From: Camelus ferus
Taxonomy: Eukaryota
Reading direction: 5' to 3'
Length of the DNA: 64,000 nt
NCBI RefSeq assembly: GCF_009834535.1
Contig: NC_045700.1
Location: 87,296,001 to 87,360,000, forward strand
Made by a program: the position numbers and the translations under genes. The notes under the pieces are model-generated. The model was not told the origin of the DNA. It saw only the letters and a list, made by a program, of their open reading frames with translations, and did no database searches. Shown here piece after piece: positions 1-10,617 of this stretch. The first letter of the stretch is position 1; every line of letters starts with the position of its first letter.

Positions 1-28
1 ATTTTTTAAAAATCAGAAATTCTGGTTA

Positions 29-67
29 CTAGCACAACATTGTAAATCAACTATACTTCAATAAAAG
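29..67 (+). mobile_element. Extremely 5'-truncated L1 3' tip (39 bp) with a 14-bp TSD
   Basis: ctagcacaacattgtaaatcaactatacttcaataaaa is the L1 3' terminus also seen at ~36.2 kb and ~49.7 kb. Flanked by agaaattctggtta at 15-28 and 68-81. Confidence 0.85.
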
Positions 68-185
68 AGAAATTCTGGTTAATTAACACCACCCAGTGAG
101 CACATCAACACTGTACTAAAGCAGGGCATAAGCATGTGGGGAAGAGAGGAATGGGTGGTTAAATCTGGCTTAGAGACAAGCCACC

Positions 186-344
186 ACTGCTTAAAGTTTG
201 ATGTGTGGATGACCCACCTGGAGACTGGTGAATGCAGGCTCTGATTCAGTGGGCCCGGGGTGGTGCCTGAGATTCCTTCTGCATATCAAAGCAGCTCTCC
301 AGGATGACAAAGCTAATGCTCCCAGGGATGACAAGTAGCGAGGT
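186..344. mobile_element. MER5B-like hAT-Charlie MITE
   Basis: cacctgg...tctgattcagt-gg-c-ggggtgg-gcctgagattc...agtagcgagg resembles the MER5B consensus. Confidence 0.65.
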
Positions 345-574
345 TCTAGATGCCTTAAGAGTCTGTTGACCTCAAGGAAGCTGGCAGGGTATGCTTGACT
401 CTTGCCCCCCTATTCCTGCGCTGAGAAAAGCATCTCTGCTCTGTGCCATCATTTCTCATCAGGTTCACTTTGATTTCCTTTATGCAACTAAAGAATCAGA
501 TTCCAACATGTGACTGTTTTGGGAAGACCCTGGGCAAAGGATTTCTAATAGATTATCAAATCAGAGTCCTGCAA

Positions 575-715
575 TTTCTTGAGGTAGGTACCATGATTAT
601 ACTCATTTTACAGAAGAGAAGAACCCAGCCCAGGGAAGTTAGCCCACACTAGTGAGTGTGGAAAGGATTCAAATTCCTGAGTCTACTCCAGAGACCACAC
701 TCTTACCCACTGCTT
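575..715 (-). mobile_element. MIR SINE fragment
   Basis: gaggtaggtac...cattttacaga...gaagttagccc...ggattcaaatt...tctactccagag is the reverse MIR core. Confidence 0.7.
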
Positions 716-1240
716 CCTCCTTACTGTATTTACATCACAAGTGTCTTCTTTCCTGCTACTTTGTGGCACCATAAGTGACTTGCAGTTGACTGCTGCCACC
801 GCCTCTAAGTTGATAAAACCAAGTCTGGACTTCTGTCAAAATGACTTGGTTTCAAGAAAAGGCAGTTGAAATCCAAATTAAGAAATCTTCTGGAATTCAG
901 CAAAAAGAAGGAGCATTGAACACTAACACTGAGGATTGTTGCTGTTTTTTTCCAGGAAGTGAGGCAGTCAGTTCACACAAGATTGCCATTTGCCTCTTGG
1001 AATTCTTGGACACTGTTATTTTATCAACAAAGCACCTGATGTCATACTTAACAAGGATGACAGAAGAAGGTTCAATAAGAGCCCTCCCTATCAGTGGGCC
1101 AAAACTAGTACATACCACACAGTGACGTCTATGGTCTGGACACTCACGAGTCTTAATAAAGAGTTTAATATGTGTTCTTTTTATTATTCTATGAGAAGAG
1201 ACCCTGAGTCAATGAAACTAACTGAAATACGCATGTAAAA

Positions 1241-1409
1241 CAGTGGCTTTCAAACTTGATTGCACGTGGGAATCTCCAGGGAGCTCTAAATACACTGACC
1301 CCAGAGTCCCGCTGCTGGGGAGTGTAACTGGCTTGGAATGGATAAAGTTTCAGGATTTTCAGAGGCTCCTTAGGAGATTCTAACATATAGCCAGAGTTGA
1401 CAATCACTG
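1241..1409. mobile_element. MER5A1-like MITE, full length
   Basis: Terminal inverted repeats cagtggctttcaaactt ... agttgacaatcactg and an internal match to the MER5A1 pattern. Confidence 0.75.
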
Positions 1410-2543
1410 GCATAAAAAACAGAGAGCAGAGTATATTTACTCTACAGCCAAATAGGGGGTGTGTGTCTTCATTTATTCACTGTCAGGGTTTCACCTACTT
1501 ACACAGGTACATAGGTCTAATATACTAATAGACCCCATTCTAATTGCAAGCAAGTAGTTTTCCACAATCAGTGACCAAATCACACATTTCACACTTGGTG
1601 TTTGATAACCAACTCCTGCAAATATCGGCAACACTGATCCAAAGTAGGGGTTCTAAACCTGCAGATGGAATTCAGGTGGTCTGTGAACTTGAATGGGAAC
1701 AAATACTGGATCTGTATTTTCACTAAACTTCCCTGGAAGCTCAGCATCGCCTTTAGTTACGCGCACAGGCAACAAACCACAATGCTATTGGCAGTTCTTG
1801 AGAGTTCGCACCCCCTGGTATTTTTATGTTACCTTTCAGTTTTGCAGTCATCAGTACTTTGAGATTACAGTTGTTTAATAAGTTTGCTGTTAGATTTAGG
1901 TATTTAGTGCAATAATAATGATGCATTTATGTTACTATATCATGACTTTAATACTGTCACAATTTATTCCAGTAGAAGTGATTCTGATAATCGCATTATT
2001 CTAAGAAGGATCGAAATGTTTCACCAGAGCCATCGTGGTCAGGGGCACAAGAAAAGGGCAGGAGCCCTGCTCTAAACACGGTGCCGTAACAAGCTAGATA
2101 CTGCAAGTCTGCATCCCAGTCCGCCTCCGTGAAGGGCACTCTCAGGAGGGAGACACCCCGACAAAGTTGGCTCTTGGCTTCCCCTGCATTTCCGCAGATA
2201 AGATTTAGCCAGAGCCAGTTAACGCAGCAGAGAATAGGATGGGCTTTCTCTTTCCCCTCAGCTGCCTCTTGCTCTTGGCATTTGGGAGCGCCCAGACTGC
2301 CAGGCTGGTAACTCGAGCCTCCAAATTAATCAAAACACACAGCGCCCAGTTCATGCCCAGGCAGACAAGCCGGGAGCCAGACAAGCTCTCCTCTGGTGAC
2401 CCCCGGGCCCAACTCCCCAACCCCGCCCGCCACCCCACAGGCCCCACCCTTGGATGCCCCGCTTCCTCCACCTCTCGCGCCCCCAGGCGGGTGCTCGGGA
2501 CCCTGGGGCCGTGATGACCCAGACTGGGTCGTGGGCGCCTTAC

Positions 2544-3095
2544 CTCGTGGGAACGCCGGCCGCCCCGGCAGCCGCCTCGGCGCCCGCTCGCGCAGCGCGC
2601 CCCTCCCGGCTCCGCCGCGCCCAATTCCACGCGCGGCTCGGCTGCCTCTTCACGCCGCTCTCACCGCCAGGTCGGGCGGCTGCCAGATAGAGGCAGGCTG
2701 AGAAGGGGAAAGAGGCGAGTTGGCACCGCCCAGGAGCCGGAGCGAGCAGAGGCGCCCGAGTGCGGACGCCCGGCGCGCCTCCCGCTTAATCTGAGCACGG
2801 CCGCTGGCCACTCCCTCCACCCTACTCAGCCGCCTCCCCATCGCACAACCCCCAAGTTCCCCACCTCCGACCCGCACCCCCGGCCCCGCCTCGGCCCCAG
2901 AACCTGGGGAGCATCACCTCCTTAACTCCTTCCCCTGGATCCGCTCCCACCTGCCCCGCAGGCGCGCAGCCCTTTCTCGCCTCCTGGGCACGATGCCCGG
3001 GTCGGAGGGACATGGCCTGGTGAGTTGCGGGGGGGAGGGGGGGGCGAGGGCGGGACCTGAGCCACTTCTTCCCTCCCTTGGAGCCACAGTCAGAA
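2544..3095 (-). other. COL4A4: COL4A4 non-coding exon 1 (5' end approximate; the coding exons lie outside the window to the left)
   Basis: The head-to-head arrangement with COL4A3 is established. There is a strong minus-strand donor CACGAG|GTAAGG (exon ends 2544, GT 2543-2542) and a second donor GGCG|GTGAGA (exon ends 2665). Confidence 0.68.
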
Positions 3096-3252
3096 GCCTC
3101 GTGGGGAGGCTGAGCCCTACAAAACCCGCCCCAGGCGGGCTGGCCAAACGAGCTTTGCAGCCGGGCTCCCCAAAACGCGCCGCGCAGGGTAAGCGGTGGC
3201 CTGAGAGCCTGCGGGTCCCTGGACACGCCGGGGCTCTGAGCGGACGCCCACC
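3095..3252 (+). other. COL4A3: COL4A3 5' UTR (start approximate)
   Basis: Blocks such as gagccctacaaaacccgccc, gagcttt-cagccgggctccc and gcggtggcctgagagcctg match the human COL4A3 leader as recalled. The TSS cannot be read directly from sequence. Confidence 0.7.
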
Positions 3253-3339
3253 ATGCGCCCCGGGCCGGCGCCGAGGCCGCCCGCGCTGCTGCTACCGCTC
3301 CTGCTGGTGCTCCTGGTGGTGGCGCCCGCGGCGGGCAAG
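3253..3339 (+). CDS. COL4A3: Collagen alpha-3(IV) chain, coding exon 1 (signal peptide [29 protein letters not shown])
   Basis: ATG in a good Kozak context (gcccaccATG). 29 codons closely resemble the human N-terminus [29 protein letters not shown]. Ends at the phase-0 donor AAG|GTGAGT (GT 3340-3341). Confidence 0.97.
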
Positions 3340-3582
3340 GTGAGTGCGGGGCGGCGCGACCCCCAATGCGCCCCGAGACAGCCCCCTCGCGGGGACGCTG
3401 TCCTTGAACTCCTGTATGGTGGGTGCGGTGACTGAGAGCTCCACGCAGGTCCCTGGGCAGGCAGCGTGGGGACCGGAGCAAGCGGGGATGCCCGGGAACA
3501 GGTGGAATGCGCGGGGCTGGAGGAAGAGGAGAGGAGGAAGCTTGTACAGTTCCCTAGGGGTCAGGGGTGGGGGAAAGGCTTC

Positions 3583-3805
3583 NNNNNNNNNNNNNNNNNN
3601 NNNNNNNNNNNNNNNNNNNNNNNNNNNNNNNNNNNNNNNNNNNNNNNNNNNNNNNNNNNNNNNNNNNNNNNNNNNNNNNNNNNNNNNNNNNNNNNNNNNN
3701 NNNNNNNNNNNNNNNNNNNNNNNNNNNNNNNNNNNNNNNNNNNNNNNNNNNNNNNNNNNNNNNNNNNNNNNNNNNNNNNNNNNNNNNNNNNNNNNNNNNN
3801 NNNNN
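3583..3805. other. Assembly gap (223 N)
   Basis: Run of N immediately after the CpG island. Confidence 1.
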
Positions 3806-4479
3806 TTATATATAAGATATACATGTGGATAGAGAGAGCCACATTGCTAAGAATGAATGCTTGAAAACACAGGATACAGAGACAGGCGATGTCATGCTGG
3901 TGAACTGGAGCAGGCAGCATGGCCTGGCAGAGAGCACAGAGGGCTGGAGTCCCAGCCCTGCCGCTTCCTAGGTGTCTTGTCACACTGAACTCTCACCAGT
4001 CTGGGGCTCCTTTTCCTCCTTGTCAATACTTGCCCTCCAGTGTTCTATCGGTTTTGTTAAGAAAAGCAAATGCCATCACTGAAAAGTTAATAGATTCTTA
4101 GAAATAAAACTCATGGTAAGCTAAATTAAGCAATCTGTCACTGCGGATTCTATTCGAAATCTGAGAGATCCTGGATTCATTTAAGTCCATCCGCGTATTT
4201 CTTATTCTTTGCAATTAAAGGTAAATTTGGGTGTCCTCAAATCTGTTATGACTCCTGGAGTTGACTTAACTTGATTTTAACTGGTGGAATTTAACTTTTC
4301 AAATGCCTTCTGTGATTTTTCACACTTACAAAACTAGTTTAGGATGACAGTATCATGCAAGTTCTATTCCCAAGGATGAGCAGATGTTTTACAAATTTCA
4401 TGATTAAGACTATGACTAGAAATTAATAGTCACATAAATACATATTACATGAAAAGATTGTTTGAACCTATAGCTACAT

Positions 4480-4880
4480 GTGATCCAAATATTTTCCATT
4501 TAAATTAAATGTTAAATTTTGACATTATACAGACGAAGCTAAAACCACCTTGATCACCTTCATACCTCCCCCCACCCCATCTAAACAAAGGTGTCTACTG
4601 TCACCATCTCATCCTTCTTTCCACACATTTTCTGCCCATTTGCATGTGCATATATGGACCCAAAAGCAGTATGTGTTTTTGTTTGTGTTTTTGACATAAC
4701 TAATACCATATACCTATGCTGTATATATCCTTTTGCATCCTACAGATCTGTTCATGTTAGTATTTAAGATAGAATCACCTCTGTTTCTTTTTGCCCTGTT
4801 GTATAGTTGTCCACAGTATAAATATGCCAAAGTTAATTGAGCCATTTCCCTATCAATTTACATCCAGGCTATTACAGTGT
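4480..4880 (-). mobile_element. Old L1 (L1ME-type) 3' fragment
   Basis: Degenerate reverse L1M 3' UTR motifs, e.g. ccacagtataaatatgcc...ccatttccctatc. Boundaries approximate. Confidence 0.5.
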
Positions 4881-6569
4881 TTTATATTCTAAAGGGCTTT
4901 GTAATCCATGTAATCTCTTCATGTAGTTGGTTCTAACAAAACTGCGCTTTGTGTAGGCTAAGAATATCCAACCCAGGTAGCTCAGTACTTCTGGGCATGA
5001 TGGATAGAACTCATCTAAGTCAGTGTACGATGTCTGCCATCTTTAATCCAGGAACAAATTCAGCAGACAAAAAAAATCTATAAAAAATGTATGTGTGTTG
5101 TGGGAAGGGCTGGGAAAGTGTCCCAGAGCAGGGTTTGTACATTCTTCTAGATTCCAAAGAAGAGGGGAGGTTAGGGAAGGGTGGAGGAAAAGGGGAGGAA
5201 TTACACACGTGTCAAGATCAGCCTGAAAAACTGATGCTCTGTGTTTCTGCAACCTCTAATTATACCAATTTTCAATTATATTGTCATATCCTCTTATAAT
5301 TTTTTACTGTCTTGAGTCTCGCCAAATTGTGGAGGCTTCCTGCTGATACGACAATTAATCCATTTATATTATTTGTATTATCTCTTGAAGTAAGTCTCTG
5401 TTAAAACATAATGATTATCATTTCCACTGCACCTGCTGAGTTACACAGACAGTGTCATTAGAAATCAGGAAAGGTGCCTTCATCTGGTAGAAAAAAAGGG
5501 AGCCTAGCAAATTAACTGAAAACTGATCGGCATGGTGCCAGCTCAGCTCCCTCCACAGGGTCACTCTGATGTTGGGCAAGGCTCTTGACCTCAGTCTCCT
5601 AATCTGTAAAATGAGGGAGTTGAAACTCCTGGTGGGGCCAGCAGGTGAGGTAATGGGTGAGGCATTGGGGCAGGGGGCAGTTTTCAGGGTTAACTAATTC
5701 TTGGTATTCTAGAATTCAGACTCAGCAGTACCAGAATCCAGATTTTTCAGGAAAGAAGCTGGAAATCTAGTTTCCATTAAAAATCTCAAATTCTAAATGT
5801 TAGCCAAAAAAGAAATTGAACTTTACAAAATGCAATATTTTTTGTAAAGGGCTAAAGGAACACAGGGCCAAACTTTGTATAAGTGAGGATTAAATGTAGC
5901 CTTTGTGCCGTCATATTTACCATCTTTGTGTGCTGCAGTAGCTAAGGACATATTTTGCTTTGAATTCCTGTGATTTTTACATTAGCATTTCTCAAAACAA
6001 AGAAATAGTACTGTGTTCACCCCATAGTCTGAATTCAGGCAGAGCAGACCTGTCCACCCACACGATTTGTCCTGAGGAGCCCTGAGTAAAATCCCTCTGC
6101 TCCTTGGCTGCAGGCGTCCAGGTCCAGGCCTGGCTATGCAGCACATCCCAAGGTTTAAAGCTGTCTCCAGGCCCAGTTCATCAACTTGAAACTGAGAGGC
6201 ACTCTCCTGTGGCCTCAGGCAACAATTCGCACGTCTGGGAGTGGAGCGAGAGAAAGCTCCTTCTCTGATATCTAGGGAAGAGAAGGTTCATGATTGGAGA
6301 TATCATGGTTTATCCTTCCTCTTTTTGCCTTAACATTCCAGACAGAACAGCAATATGGCAAGCAAACACCAGGAGCTGAATAACAGCTGCATTTAGAGAG
6401 GATGCTTCTCAACTGACTTGGCTTTTAAATTAGAAAGAAACAATTAAGTTGAATTAGGAAATATTCCGAACAAAAAGTAATGTAACCAATTTGTCCATCC
6501 TTGAGATTAAGCAAAGGATTAATAAGTTTTGACCTGTTTCTTCTCACATGTCTCCCTTTAGGAAAAGCC

Positions 6570-8560
6570 ATATATTAAAACAGAAAGTCCTGCACACGGT
6601 CTTTGTCCCGTCTTCCACCCATGGTTATATTTATGTGCTACAAGTGGGTGTTGTGTGTGTTTCAGTCACCGTAAAAACTAAATATTCTTGTTTTGTGGTC
6701 CTTCAAATGTAATAAATGGGTTCACAATATATGTACCTATTGGAGCTTGCTTGTATCACTCAATGTTCTGTTTTTAGATTTTATCCATGTTGACAGAGAT
6801 GTGATTTGTTTATGTACATAGAGATGTGATAGTATCCAGTTATATAAATAAAGCACAGTTTATTTTTCCATCCCCCTAAACAGAGTAGGTTTGTTTCCAT
6901 GTTTTCATCCGACAAAGTTGGAATGTACATCTTTGCATGTGTACCATTGTGACAACTAGATTTTGAATTCCTCCGGGGAATTCAAAGAGAGTTGTAAGAG
7001 AGAGCGTATTTTAAATTTTATTAGGAATTTTCAAATCAACTCCAAAAGGATTATACTAAAAATGTGCCAGCGTACCTGTTTCCCTATGTCCCCAGCAAAA
7101 CTTGGTGTGCTTCGATGCCAAGGGGTGTGAAATAGGATCTTGTTTTGACTAGTGAGTTTAAGAATCTTTTCATCTTTTCACTGGCAGTCTGTATTTCCCT
7201 CTGAGTGAATTGCGTAGACAACTCTTTGCTTATTTACCTAGCGTATCCTTTGCCTTTTTTGTTGCCAATTGATGAGAAGTTATTTATGTACTTGGGTACT
7301 GAACTTTTGCTATTTAAATGTGCAGCAAGAGGGGAGGGAAATAGCTCAGTGGCAGAGCACATGCTTAGCATGTACCAGGTCCTGGGTTCAATCTCCAGTA
7401 CCTCCATTAAAAAAACAGTGATACAGAATGCAAAAAAAAGTGCCGCGAATACTTGATTCCAATCTTTGGTTTGTCTTTTCCTTTAGTTCTTAGTGCCTTA
7501 ATGTTTAATTGTTTTCCTCTACAATCTCAAACTTATCTATCTTTTTTCACTGATTTTCATGATTTTGTGTTTTGCATCTTGTTGAAGAGATCCTTTCCTT
7601 CCTTGGGATTATAAAAATGTTCTCCTACATTTTACAGTTCACTGTTTTATATTTTAAAATTAAAAATATTTTTATAGTTTTTAGATTTAAATTTTTTTTA
7701 ATTTACAGTTTAATTCTTTTATATTTAAGGCTCTCAATCCTGGAATTGTTTTCTACTTCTGGGTTATAATTTTATGTTTTTCTATATAGAAAATGAAATG
7801 TCCCAACATTATTATTGAATTGTCCATCCTTTCCCTCACTGTTTTGCAGTGTTAACATCAACAAATATGTGTATCAAGGGCTCGTTCATATGTGATCTGT
7901 TTGTATTCTTACGTGAGTGTCTATTTAGGGCTTTAATTTTCTCACAATGTTTTCAAGTTTTCTTTTTCTTTTTCTTTTTTTTTTTTTTTGATTTCTAGGT
8001 ATTTGACATTTTCAGTGCTATTATAAATGGTATATATATATTCTTAAATTCATAGTCTAGCTAGTAAAGATATAGTAAAATATAATTGAATTTTATCTTT
8101 ACTTTAATCAAGCAACTTTGGAATAGTTCAAATGCATTTAAGTCTAAAAATTTCCCCCCAAACACTGTTTGAACTGCATCATACAAATTTTAATGAGCAA
8201 TATTTAAAAATCATTAGGTTTAAAATCTTTCCTAATTTTTCTCTTTGTCCTGTGGATTATTTAAATGTTTATTTCTTAATTTCTGAACATGAGGAACTTT
8301 TCTAGTAATTTTTTGTATTGAATTGTGGTAGAGATGACATTCTGACTTCAAAAATTTCCACATATGTCAGTGAGATCAAGATTATTGATCATGTTATTAA
8401 AGTGGCGATATGTATGCATCTGTGTTTTTTATATATCCTACTCAGTGGATATTTAACCTGAGAGTCTCTATTTTTCATCAAATCTTGGACATTCTCAGAC
8501 ATTTCTTTTTTACATTTCTCCTTCCCCACTCTCTATTCTAATTCTCAGGAGGCATGCTTG
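6570..8560 (-). mobile_element. Old L1 (L1ME/L1MC-type) fragments interrupted by a SINE at 7331
   Basis: Degenerate reverse L1 3' and ORF2 motifs (ccaattgatgagaagttatttatgtac; ttgtcccaacattattattgaa; ttaatcaagcaactttg). Confidence 0.6.
7331..7415 (+). mobile_element. Camelid tRNA-derived SINE (vic-1-like)
   Basis: ggggagggaaatagctcagtggcagagcacatgcttagcatgtaccaggtcctgggttcaatctccagtacctcc plus an A tail. A box TAGCTCAGTGG and B box GGTTCAATC. Confidence 0.9.
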
Positions 8561-9117
8561 GCTTTCTCACTTTTCCCTCCTGTTCTTCTATCTCCTTATC
8601 TCAGCTCCCTTTCCTGTGCACTCACATCCTCTTGGCCTCACGTTGCTCCAGGGCTCTGGGCACTGACTCCCCCAGCGGCCAGCTTGGCCACAGACTTCAC
8701 ACAGACAAGCCCCGTGTTCCTCCCCTGGCTTCTTGTCTCATCCCGGAAGTGCGGGGCTTCACATCTGCGGGGCAAATCTGACCAGTGGGAGATGGGAGCC
8801 ACTGGATCAAGTCTTCTCTTCTCCCCGCAGAAGAAGGGTCCTGAAGTGCAGAGGTTCACACGGCCTCTCCATGAGATCCATCATCCGTTACATTTGACAT
8901 CAAATTGTGGGAACAGACGGAGCTTTTGTCTCAGTGCTGCCTCCTGTAAAATGTCCACACGTTCATCTTTCAATGTTCAATCCTCTCTTCTGCTCTTTGT
9001 GATTTTCAGTAGATTTTTCAATCTTTTGTAATTTTCAATAATAAGAAGTCTGTAACTGTTCAACATTGGTTATAACCCCAGATCAATTAATGATCAGCTT
9101 TTTAAAAATTTTTATCC

Positions 9118-9245
9118 ATGTTTCCTCATCTCAAAATGGAAGTAAGAGGCCCAGCTTAGAATTTTATGAAGATTTAACACACGCAACCAGTACTTTACCA
9201 TGCCTGTCACATAGTAATCATCCAATCAATGTTAACTATGATTAT
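9118..9245 (+). mobile_element. MIR SINE 3' part
   Basis: tttcctcatctcaaaatgg...atgcctgtcacatagtaa...tcaatgttaactat. Confidence 0.65.
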
Positions 9246-10617
9246 TTTTATTCATTATAGATTTTAATTTCAAAGACTATTCTTATTTCTAGAAGTTCTT
9301 TTTGGAGTCAGGTCTGTCTGGGTTTGGTTTTATTTAGGTTTTGTTTTTTTTTTTGGTAGGTTTTTTTCCCCTTTTTATGCCTTTAGTCATTTTACACATA
9401 CTTATTTTATTTTATCCTTTTGATTCTTTTTCTATGATTTTGAGATTTGGGAGGCCTTCTTGTTTTTTCCGTCTGTTGACTCTCACCCATAGGGAGACTA
9501 TGTGAGTGAGAGATTTGGGGAAAATAAGCCTCCTCTGTCATCACAGCCTGCACCAGATTGGAGCTGTCCTGCCCTGAGAAGAAAAAAGAGCATAGCTGAG
9601 GCTTCTGGGGGATTTTCCTTATTAAGAAGGACTTATGTCCTTTCCTTTCCTGTTCTCAGGATCCCCCTCCTCCAGTCCCCTCCTGCTGCCCTCTTCCTCC
9701 AAACATGCTGGACTTGTATTGGATGAGGTAGGGCAGGGTCAAGGCCACAACAGCAAAGCTACCAACTTCGTCTCTCTGATCAGACCAAGGGTCTTCCTCC
9801 TTGAGTGTTTCTCTGGGGTTATAGTCATCAGTTTGTTTTCAGGCATGGTCCATGGAAAAACTGTGAATTAAATGCAATTTGTCTTTGTACTTCCCCTATA
9901 ATTTTTGCCATGTTATCCAGAACACAGTGATGACTGCCTAGGGTTACCTATGACTAAGGTTAAGTTTGTTAAATGTCGCAAACCTGTAAGCGTGTGAGTC
10001 TGACAGCAGGGCTGTCTGGTCTGCACGTGCCCTGTGGTCCTCCATCCATGGGCAGTTGACCATACTCATGCTGTGGTCTTCAGCCAAAAAACAGCCATCC
10101 ACCACAGAGTAAAAGATTTTTCAAGATCAGTGAAAACATGTGGTGCTCAGAGCATTTTTATTCTGTAAAGTTTATATCCAGCCTGAGTCTAAACCTTTTA
10201 ATCATAACAGACTTTCACTGTAGGTCATTTATTTCACCTCTGTTTTCAGTTTGAGAAAATAAGGAAACCAGAATTACATCAACTTCTTAAGGGAATAGAC
10301 ATTTTCTGTAACAGCCCTACCACCGTGGCTTTGAACAGTTACTTAACCTCTCTGAGTGTCTTCCTCTCTAGAAATCTGATAAGAAAGCATCTTACTCCAA
10401 GTTCTACATTCATCTCACGAGATCTAATCACGGGCTCCTGTCTTCTCTAAACACCCAAGTCCGTCTTCCCCTTCCTCCTGGGTTTCTTCATGTAAATTTC
10501 AACGAAGACCTCTGGCTTCAGGTACATTTTCTAACCGAGACTGAATTAAATTATATCCGCTTTGTAATTTGCCACTTTACTTGCTTTCGTCGGTTCAGAT
10601 AAACAAACATCTACGTC

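Larger units (their letters stand above)
2400..3510. promoter_or_regulatory. CpG island / TATA-less bidirectional COL4A3-COL4A4 promoter
   Basis: Very high GC and CpG density, GC boxes (GGGCGG 3048-3053), CTC-box-like CCCTCCC/GGGAGGG tracts and an E2 box CACCTG at 2948-2953. No TATA box seen. Confidence 0.9.

Noticed and set aside
1-2543. The reported LMX1B enhancer in COL4A4 intron 1
   Set aside because: I could not identify a convincing match. Only the first 2.5 kb of that intron is in the window, and short TAAT motifs alone are insufficient.
2205-3481. Several long ORFs over the promoter, e.g. 219 aa at 2822-3481 (-), 141 aa at 2205-2630 (-) and 116 aa at 2993-3343 (+)
   Set aside because: Ala/Arg/Pro/Gly-rich products are expected from stop-poor CpG-island DNA. 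No recognisable domain.
3344-3983. ORFs crossing the N run (likewise at 15.0, 39.0 and 54.7 kb)
   Set aside because: Artefacts of translating through assembly gaps.
7331-7415. tRNA-like sequence with A and B boxes
   Set aside because: It is a tRNA-derived SINE with four copies here, an A-rich tail and TSDs in some copies. It has no intact cloverleaf acceptor stem.
7960-8004. Poly-U tract plus TAG|GTATTT as a second recursive-splice candidate
   Set aside because: The regenerated donor is weak and the tract is a T-rich stretch inside an old L1.
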